A stretch of DNA of 64,000 bases from Candidatus Poribacteria bacterium (GTDB lineage: Bacteria > Poribacteria > WGA-4E > WGA-3G). How positions within the stretch are numbered: the stretch's first letter is position 1; each line of letters begins with the position of its first letter. Below the pieces are notes generated by a model. It saw nothing but the letters and a program-made list of their open reading frames with translations, did not search any database and was not told the DNA's origin. A program made the position numbers and the translations under genes. This document shows, piece by piece, positions 57,398-64,000 of this stretch. The stretch is from NCBI GenBank assembly GCA_965205015.1, contig OZ242029.1, positions 3,776,001-3,840,000 on the forward strand. Reading direction: 5' to 3'.

Positions 57398-58609
57398 ATG
57401 CGAAACACGACACATAAACTTTTCAAGGATAGGACGTTGCGTCACTTGCACGACGATTGCAATATCTGTGGTGTTGTGAAAAATCACTTCTTGGCACTCT
57501 GCATGCGATATTACCGCCGCTATGGTAAAGGACTTTCGTATCGGAAAATGTCCAAGCATCTGACGAAACTCAAGAAACTTGAGAAATACAAGCATTGGAA
57601 TATCCCTTACTCTTGGGCGTTGCAAAATGTACTAAAACGGTTAGCACAAACTTTTCGTGAAATGAAAACATTGGGCAGAGGTCACCCGAAGTTCAAGTCG
57701 TGTAAGAAACACAAAGGGATGACGTTTCGGGGTGAACAGGTCAAGCTTGAAAAAGTCCTGGATAAGCAGAAAAACGAAAGAAACCATCCGACGTATAAAA
57801 TCCGCCTGAACGGACGTTGGTATCGTTTCGCCCTGCATCGTGAAATCGAAGGCGAAATCATCCAAGTTCACGTAACGAGGGACGCACTCGGTGATATGTA
57901 TATTACGTTGACGGAAGACTTTACCGAAATCAAGATCGAACCCAAGACGGGTCAAGCTGAAGGGTTCGATATGGGTATCAAAGACTTCCTGATTGACAGT
58001 GGTGGACACCGAGAGACCTCTCCAATGTTCTACAAACTCAATGCCAAGAAGTTGGCAAAAGCACAAAAGGCGTATTCCCGCAAGGTCAAAGGGTCTCACA
58101 ACCAAGAACGCGAACGCAAGACGGTTGCGCGTATCCACAAGAAAACGACGAACCAGCGAGCAGACCACCATTGGAAACTTGCGATAAAGTTGTGTCGCAA
58201 GTTCGATATTCTGTTCTTTGAAGACCTGAACCTTGAAGGGATGAAACGCTTGTGGGGAAAACAAGTGTCTGATCTCGCCTTTGGTGAGTTCCTGCGGAAA
58301 CTCAAGCACCAGTCTCATAAGCGTATTCGCTCCGTGCTAAAAATCAATCGCTGGTCGCCAACGACAAAATGCTGTTGTGTTTGTGAACATAAAAACGAAA
58401 ATCTCACGTTAGCAGATCGTCACTGGACGTGTCCAAGTTGCCATACACACCTTGACCGCGACCAGAACGCTGCGATGAACATTCTTAAGGAAGGGGTAGC
58501 TTCCTTTAGGTTAGGAGTCGTAAGACCGATCGTCCTATTCAATAGGATTGTCGGCACCTCCGTTGAATCTAACCACCCGATTCTGAATTCTACAAATGCT
58601 TCTGCATAA
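57398..58609 (+). CDS. tnpB: RNA-guided endonuclease TnpB
   Basis: PKFKS; RuvC-I GFDMGIKDF; RuvC-II FFEDLN; Zn finger TKCCCVC...WTCPSC; RuvC-III DRDQNAAMNI. Confidence 0.95.
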   Translation: MRNTTHKLFKDRTLRHLHDDCNICGVVKNHFLALCMRYYRRYGKGLSYRKMSKHLTKLKKLEKYKHWNIPYSWALQNVLKRLAQTFREMKTLGRGHPKFKSCKKHKGMTFRGEQVKLEKVLDKQKNERNHPTYKIRLNGRWYRFALHREIEGEIIQVHVTRDALGDMYITLTEDFTEIKIEPKTGQAEGFDMGIKDFLIDSGGHRETSPMFYKLNAKKLAKAQKAYSRKVKGSHNQERERKTVARIHKKTTNQRADHHWKLAIKLCRKFDILFFEDLNLEGMKRLWGKQVSDLAFGEFLRKLKHQSHKRIRSVLKINRWSPTTKCCCVCEHKNENLTLADRHWTCPSCHTHLDRDQNAAMNILKEGVASFRLGVVRPIVLFNRIVGTSVESNHPILNSTNASA

Positions 58610-58669
58610 CGATTGCAGAAGCCCAAGTCTTTAGACTTGGGTCTATCACTTTAATTGCTACCAACAACG
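58490..58669 (+). ncRNA. Predicted omegaRNA (reRNA) scaffold plus guide; 5' boundary approximate
   Basis: Overlaps the tnpB 3' end; hairpins tcctatt-c-aatagga, ttctgca-N7-tgcagaa and cccaagtc-ttta-gacttggg; guide inferred from the flank after TCAC. Confidence 0.6.
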
Positions 58670-58702
58670 CGGGATGTAGCGTTGATAAAGAGGTCTGTTA
58701 AA

Positions 58703-58892
58703 TCCAAACGTGTAGCCTGCAACAATACGCAGAAATCCGCAGAAATCCGCAGAAACACGCAGAAATACCCAAGCAAAGACACCAAGCAAAGACACCAAGC
58801 AAAAACCCCTATCAAAAACACGCAGGCGGATATAAGGAACGTATCTGATAGTGCTAACGCACGGCGTTCCACCGCAAGGAATAATTAAAAAA
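58703..58892 (+). repeat. Composite leader repeat upstream of the CRTAC1-like gene
   Basis: gtagcctgcaacaatacgcagaaat; (aaatccgcag)n and (ccaagcaaagaca)n; aaaaacacgcaggcggatat; ends ccgcaaggaataattaaaaaa. Confidence 0.88.
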
Positions 58893-58900
58893 CGGAAAAA

Positions 58901-60613
58901 TTGAAAAACGACTGTTATCTCTCGCCTGGTGCTAAAGCAGAAACCTTCCTACTCACCTTCCTGATGCTTGCCAGTTGTGCCGTGAATCCGTCCATTGCTG
59001 AAACAACACTCCGCTTCACAGACCAGACGCAGCAAGCGGGTATCCATTTCAAACATACCAACGGCGCATCCGAAGAGAAATACCTACCGGAAACAATGGG
59101 ATCTGGTGGACTCTTTTTCGACTACAATAACGATGGACACCTTGATATCTATCTCGTCAATAGCGGCACCCTCGGTCCCGATTCTCAGCTCGATAGACAT
59201 CCTGATCACATGAACGTCCTCTATCGCAATAAAGGTGATGGAACATTTGTTGATGCCACCGCAAAAGCGGGACTTCAGCAAAACGACGGTTACGGTATGG
59301 GGTGTCTCGCGGCAGACTACGATAATGACGGGGATACTGACCTTTACCTCACCAACTTCGGTAGAAACCAACTCTATCGGAACAACGGCGACGGCACCTT
59401 CACGGACGTTACGTCCAACGCCGGTGTTGGGGACGGCAACTGGGGGGTGAGCGCGTCCTTCGGGGACTTTAACCTTGATGGACATCTCGACCTCTATGTA
59501 GCAAATTATTTGGATTATCGGTTAGAGAGCGCCCACGCTTGTTTTTTGGAAGGCGTCCATATCTATTGTGGTCCGCATGAATACCCGGGGGCACGTGATA
59601 CACTTTATCGGAACAACGGCGACGGCACCTTCACGGACGTTACGACCCGTGCGGGGGTTCACAACACCGGTAAAGGGTTGGGGGTGCTCTTTACAGATTA
59701 TAACAACGACGGCTATCCTGATATTTTCGTTGCTAACGACGCCGTTCCCGATTTCCTTTATCGGAACAACAGGGATGGAACGTTCACAGATGTCGCTATC
59801 ACTGCAGGAGTTGCCTATAACTCAGAAGGACGCGCAACGGCGAGTATGGGGATCGCTTCCGGGGATTACGATAACGACGGCGTTCAGGATCTCTTCGTTA
59901 CGAATTTCTCTCTGGAAATCAATAGCCTTTTTCGCAACGATAATGACGGTTTTTATACGATGACCACCTTTGAAGCGGGGCTCGCTGATCCGAGTTTCTC
60001 AAAACTCGGTTTCGGCACGCAGTTCCTTGACGCAGATAACGACGGGACACTCGAACTTTTCGTCGCAAATGGGCACGTGTGGGACAATGTCTCAGAGATT
60101 ACGCCATCGCTCTCCTACAGGCAACAGTGCCAAATTTTTGGGAACACAGAAACAGGGCAATTCAGAGATTTATCTGAGACGGCGGGTCGGTTCTTCAAAC
60201 GTTCTATTGTCGCACGTGGTGTCGCCGTTGGTGATTATAACAACGATGGCGCGGCGGATATCCTCGTCACCTGTTGTGATGAACCCCCAATTTTGCTGCG
60301 AAACGATTCCCCCGTCCACGACTATGTGAAAATTCGACTCATCGGCACCCAAGGTAACCGCGATGGCATCGGTGCGAAGGTGTGGGTCCATACAGACGAA
60401 GTGACCCAGTTCAGAGAGGTAACGTGCGGTGGTAGTTACGCCTCTGGTAGCGAGCAAACGCTCCTCTTCGGCATCGGGGCTCACAGGACGCTTCAATCCA
60501 TCGAAGTAAAATGGCAAAATGGGCACACCCAAACACTCAATTTTACAGATGCTGGGAGTCCCGTAAATCAAACTATCTATATTACTGAGAAACTGAATGA
60601 ACCTATGAATTAG
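58901..60613 (+). CDS. CRTAC1-like protein (FG-GAP/VCBS repeats + ASPIC/UnbV domain)
   Basis: ETMGSG; repeated DY.NDG..D.Y/FV.N and LYRNNGDGTFTDVT; NRDGIGA; GGSYAS; FGIG; start uncertain. Confidence 0.92.
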   Translation: MKNDCYLSPGAKAETFLLTFLMLASCAVNPSIAETTLRFTDQTQQAGIHFKHTNGASEEKYLPETMGSGGLFFDYNNDGHLDIYLVNSGTLGPDSQLDRHPDHMNVLYRNKGDGTFVDATAKAGLQQNDGYGMGCLAADYDNDGDTDLYLTNFGRNQLYRNNGDGTFTDVTSNAGVGDGNWGVSASFGDFNLDGHLDLYVANYLDYRLESAHACFLEGVHIYCGPHEYPGARDTLYRNNGDGTFTDVTTRAGVHNTGKGLGVLFTDYNNDGYPDIFVANDAVPDFLYRNNRDGTFTDVAITAGVAYNSEGRATASMGIASGDYDNDGVQDLFVTNFSLEINSLFRNDNDGFYTMTTFEAGLADPSFSKLGFGTQFLDADNDGTLELFVANGHVWDNVSEITPSLSYRQQCQIFGNTETGQFRDLSETAGRFFKRSIVARGVAVGDYNNDGAADILVTCCDEPPILLRNDSPVHDYVKIRLIGTQGNRDGIGAKVWVHTDEVTQFREVTCGGSYASGSEQTLLFGIGAHRTLQSIEVKWQNGHTQTLNFTDAGSPVNQTIYITEKLNEPMN

Positions 60614-60614
60614 G

Positions 60615-60643
60615 TTGACATTATTGATTTCTGCGCGTATAAT
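60615..60643 (+). promoter_or_regulatory. Consensus sigma70 promoter for cysC
   Basis: TTGACA-17 nt-TATAAT. Confidence 0.8.
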
Positions 60644-60726
60644 TGTAAAATAATTGTATCTGACGATAGAGGCACATTTGGAACGCCTCAATTTTATGAA
60701 TTCTAAGATATGTGAGGAATAATAGA

Positions 60727-61344
60727 TTGGCTCAACAGAAAGCAACCAATATTACGTGGCACGATGCGATTGTCACGGTGGAAGATAGAGAAAAATTGCT
60801 GAATCAGAAAGGCTGTGTGATTTGGTTTACAGGTCTCTCCGGTTCGGGGAAATCGACGTTAGCAAACGCAGTTGAACAGGTATTACATCAACAACAGCAC
60901 CACACCTACGTCTTGGATGGCGACAATGTTCGCCACGGATTAAACAAGAACTTGGGGTTCTCACCCGAAGATCGAGAGGAAAACATCCGGCGCATCGGTG
61001 AAGTGGCGAAACTTTTTGCAGATGCCGGCACCATTGTTATGACAGCCTTCATCTCACCCTATCGCGCCGATAGGGATCAGGCGAGAGAACTTATTGCTGA
61101 AGGTAGATTCGTTGAAGTTTTCGTGGAGTGTCCACTTGAGGTCTGTGAAGAACGCGATACGAAAGGTTTATACAAAAAAGCGCGCGCTGGAGAGATTAAG
61201 GAGTTTACCGGCATCAGTGCCCCTTACGAACCGCCCGTCGATCCAGAGGTCACAGTGAATACAGCGGAGCTCTCGCTTGAAAAATCCGCACACGTCGTCG
61301 TCTCGTCTCTTGTGAAAGCAGGCTTAGTCCCCGGTGGAAATTAG
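60727..61344 (+). CDS. cysC: Adenylyl-sulfate kinase
   Basis: [52 protein letters not shown]; TTG 60727 after SD gagga. Confidence 0.96.
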   Translation: MAQQKATNITWHDAIVTVEDREKLLNQKGCVIWFTGLSGSGKSTLANAVEQVLHQQQHHTYVLDGDNVRHGLNKNLGFSPEDREENIRRIGEVAKLFADAGTIVMTAFISPYRADRDQARELIAEGRFVEVFVECPLEVCEERDTKGLYKKARAGEIKEFTGISAPYEPPVDPEVTVNTAELSLEKSAHVVVSSLVKAGLVPGGN

Positions 61345-61404
61345 ACGGGAAACCGAGATGTTCACTTCGCACGAGAAATGCCAGGCAGAGAGGGAGACCT
61401 GAAA

Positions 61405-62223
61405 ATGGAAGCAGTTATCAGGCAATTCAAAGAGAACGGGTTCGCCATTCTGCGCGGCGTTTTGGAGCCGGGAACGCTTGAGGCTGTCAAACACGAATGT
61501 GAAGCGTTAGTCGCTGAACTGGCAACGCGTCGGTATGCGGAAGGAAAACTGACAGACACCCATCCCGATGCCTCTTTTGAGACCCGCCTCATTCGGCTCT
61601 ACGAAAGTTATCCCGACGAAACCCCAACCATTTTTCGCTCGGAACTCCATCGGGAAGGTTTTTTCGGTGTGTTTGCACACCCCTCTCTCCTTGAACTCGC
61701 TGGCATCATCCTCGGTCCAGAGATCCGATTGTACCCGAACTATTCTGTTCGTCCGAAACTACCGGAGAACAAACGCACAGAGGTATTATGGCATCAAGAT
61801 GCCGGTTATACCTCGAAAGCAGCTGATGTTTTGCGGATGATGAATGTCTGGACGCCTTTAGTACCGGTCAACGTTGAAAACGGGTGTATGGAATTCATTC
61901 CGGGAAGCCATAAGTGGGGTGTTGTGCCACACGAAGAGGATGAGTACTATCTGCGTATCCACGATGACTATATCAAACCGGTTGAAGCGGATGCCGTCCG
62001 TATCGAAATTCTGCCGGGGGATGTTGCCATTTTCAGTAATCTGTTGTTCCACCGCGGGTTGCCGAACCGTGCCTCACACATCCGATGGAGTTTAGATTGG
62101 CGTTATCAGGATGCCACACAACCGACGCTTCGAACGACCCACGGGCATCTCCTCCATTCACAAAGGGCACCAGACGCGGTCGTTAAAGACGCCGAGGCGT
62201 GGGCACACCTCGAATTTTCCTAA
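61405..62223 (+). CDS. Phytanoyl-CoA dioxygenase (PhyH) family
   Basis: WHQDAGY, NVWTPL, NGCMEFIPGSH, LFHRG, RWSLDWRY; start 61405 or 61378. Confidence 0.9.
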   Translation: MEAVIRQFKENGFAILRGVLEPGTLEAVKHECEALVAELATRRYAEGKLTDTHPDASFETRLIRLYESYPDETPTIFRSELHREGFFGVFAHPSLLELAGIILGPEIRLYPNYSVRPKLPENKRTEVLWHQDAGYTSKAADVLRMMNVWTPLVPVNVENGCMEFIPGSHKWGVVPHEEDEYYLRIHDDYIKPVEADAVRIEILPGDVAIFSNLLFHRGLPNRASHIRWSLDWRYQDATQPTLRTTHGHLLHSQRAPDAVVKDAEAWAHLEFS

Positions 62224-62277
62224 GTGGAGGATGGCGCTACGGAGAGGCGGGTTAGATGTCTAACCCTACTGACCGAA

Positions 62278-62297
62278 CCGCAAGGTAAAATTAAAAA
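62278..62297 (+). repeat. Leader motif copy CCGCAAGGTAAAATTAAAAA before the FAH gene
   Basis: Identical to the cstA copy; ATG follows 1 nt later. Confidence 0.85.
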
Positions 62298-62298
62298 C

Positions 62299-63252
62299 AT
62301 GAAACTAATTCAATTTCATCTACCCAATTTAGGCAAGCGGGTTGGGATTGTCACCCGCGATGAAGAAGTGATCGATGTAACGAGCGAGGAATCACCCGGT
62401 GTCTTAGAGGTGTTGGAACTCGCTGACAGGGAACAGGTAAGCCTTGGTGTCATACTTGCCGACATCCAAGAAGAGGTGGCAACGCCTGCACCGATGCAAC
62501 TCCGTTCACTGCCAGAGGCAGGAAACGAACCTACCGAACCCGAAGGGCTTACGCTCAAAAAATTAGATGTCGCACCTGACGAAAATGTTCCACATCTCCT
62601 ATCCCCAATCGATTCCCCTGAAGTTTGGGGATGCGGGGTAACCTACAAACGGAGTGCGGACATGCGTGATGACGATAGTGAACAGGACATCTACAGTCGC
62701 GTCTATTTCGCCGACCGTCCGGAGATATTCTTCAAAGCGACACCGGCGCGTTGCGTTGGACCCAACGGCTTTATTGGCATCCGGAGCGATTCTGTCTTGA
62801 CAGCGACTGAACCAGAACTCGCCTATGTACTTGGCAACGCCGGTGAAATCATCGGTTACACCCTCTGTAACGACGTATCCGCATGGGACATTGAACGCGA
62901 TAACCCGCTCTATCTCCCACAATCCAAAGTGTTTTATGGATGCTGCGCACTCGGTCCGATGTTCGTTACGCCTTCCGAAGTGGACGATCCCTATAACCTT
63001 GAGATGCGGTGTACCGTTCTTCGTGAAGGAGACGCTATCTATCAAGGTGAGGTCAACACATCTCAAATCAATTGGAAGTTTGAAGAACTCACCGAATTCC
63101 TGATGCGGGATAACCCGATTCCGTTTGGAACCGTCGTTTCAACAGGCACGGGTATCATTGTCCCGAACGATTTACCGCTTGCCCCAGGGGATACTGTCGC
63201 AATAGAAATTGATGGGTTCGGCACGCTGTCAAACCCCGTTAAGCAACTTTAG
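62299..63252 (+). CDS. Fumarylacetoacetate hydrolase family protein (KdaD/XylX-like)
   Basis: EVWGCGVTYKRS, YSRVY.ADRPEIFFK, EPEL, NDVSAWDIE..NPLYLPQSK, TGTG; start moved to ATG 62299. Confidence 0.88.
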   Translation: MKLIQFHLPNLGKRVGIVTRDEEVIDVTSEESPGVLEVLELADREQVSLGVILADIQEEVATPAPMQLRSLPEAGNEPTEPEGLTLKKLDVAPDENVPHLLSPIDSPEVWGCGVTYKRSADMRDDDSEQDIYSRVYFADRPEIFFKATPARCVGPNGFIGIRSDSVLTATEPELAYVLGNAGEIIGYTLCNDVSAWDIERDNPLYLPQSKVFYGCCALGPMFVTPSEVDDPYNLEMRCTVLREGDAIYQGEVNTSQINWKFEELTEFLMRDNPIPFGTVVSTGTGIIVPNDLPLAPGDTVAIEIDGFGTLSNPVKQL

Positions 63253-63263
63253 GAGAACGGATA

Positions 63264-64000
63264 ATGAACACCAGCACTGAACCTTTTATCGGCATGCACA
63301 AAACGGAATTGGACACACCGGCGTTGCTGATTGATCTGGATAAAATGGAAGCCAATATACAGACGATGGCGGACTATCTCAGTACAGTAGATACGCAACT
63401 GAGACCTCACATGAAGACGCATAAGACACCTATCATCGCGCATAAACAGATTGCAGCGGGTGCTATCGGCGTTACCTGTGCGAAACTCGGTGAGGCAGAA
63501 GCCGTGATCCACGCCGGCGTTCGAGATGTGCTCATCGCCAACCAAATTGTCGGTTCACATAAGATTGCTCGTCTCATCAACCTCGCGAAGCACTCGGAAA
63601 TTATGGTTGCCGTTGACGATCCTCAGAACGTGCAAGCCATCTCCGAGGCGGCTGTCGCTAAAGGTGTAACCGTCAGGATGTTAATAGAGGTGAACATCGG
63701 TATGGACCGATGTGGCGTTGAACCCGGCAAACCGGCGTTAGAACTGGCAAATCAGATATGCCAAAGTCCAAACCTGAAATTTGAGGGATTGATGGGTTAC
63801 GAGGGACATACTGTTGCCAAGCCAGACCTGAAGGAACGAAAAGCAGGCGTGCAGGAAGCGATGCAACATCTGCTTGAGGCAAAGCACTACCTCGAAAAAC
63901 ACGGTGTAGAGGTTTCCATTATGAGTGGCGGCGGCACAGGAACCTTTAACATCACGGGAAATATTTCGGAAATGACAGAGGTGCAGGCGGGTTCCTATAT
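63264..64000 (+). CDS. DSD1 / D-threonine aldolase family PLP enzyme (3' end runs off the window)
   Basis: Manual translation: ELDTPALLIDLDKMEANI, LRPHMKTHK, GVTCAKLGEAE, GMDRCGV, GLMGYEGH, SGGGTGT; SD aggag. Not in the ORF track. Confidence 0.9.
   Translation, partial: MNTSTEPFIGMHKTELDTPALLIDLDKMEANIQTMADYLSTVDTQLRPHMKTHKTPIIAHKQIAAGAIGVTCAKLGEAEAVIHAGVRDVLIANQIVGSHKIARLINLAKHSEIMVAVDDPQNVQAISEAAVAKGVTVRMLIEVNIGMDRCGVEPGKPALELANQICQSPNLKFEGLMGYEGHTVAKPDLKERKAGVQEAMQHLLEAKHYLEKHGVEVSIMSGGGTGTFNITGNISEMTEVQAGSY

Larger units (their letters stand above)
57183..58649 (+). mobile_element. IS200/IS605-family tnpB-only (IS1341-like) element
   Basis: Left-end hairpin cgagac..cccaatgc-ttta-gctttggg..gtctcg (57192-57233); right-end hairpin cccaagtc-ttta-gacttggg then TCAC (58646-58649); no tnpA; left boundary approximate. 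Confidence 0.85.

Noticed and set aside
58651-58888. Small ORFs on both strands, and the similar ORF at 31886-32398
   Set aside because: Translations of the composite repeat/minisatellite
201-63882. Numerous short antisense or overlapping ORFs in the six-frame track
   Set aside because: Shadows of well-supported genes, with no motifs or SD sequences

Overview
Bacterial chromosomal window of roughly 50% GC (judged by eye). It is most likely Candidatus Poribacteria, inferred from a secreted protein ending AVEAQNKLTTTWGSLK, two PorV-like genes, and PhyH, FGE and ASPIC paralogues. Most genes are housekeeping or catabolic: map, miaB, waaF-like, lexA, class A PBP, uvrB, an M16 pair, cstA, xylA, thrC, scpAB, cca, hisN-like and cysC. 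Main observations: (1) a rhodanese-MoeB/E1 gene split by an in-frame UGA at the conserved Cys position, with a SECIS-like hairpin (probable selenoprotein), followed by a small acidic LysW-like zinc-ribbon protein; (2) a dispersed motif CCGCAAGGWAWAATTARAA placed in sense orientation just before the start codons of 7 unrelated genes, as the 3' end of modular GTAG-type repeats; (3) a protein with a C-terminal Hfq-like domain, a possible second Sm-like domain and an SH3/Tudor-like N-terminus, beside defence-gene debris; (4) a 73-aa basic miniprotein with two clamp-binding-like motifs; (5) an apparently intact tnpB-only IS200/IS605 element with both ends; (6) many REP, MITE and minisatellite repeats. 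No rRNA, tRNA or CRISPR array was found. All family assignments come from motif recognition by eye, not database searches.
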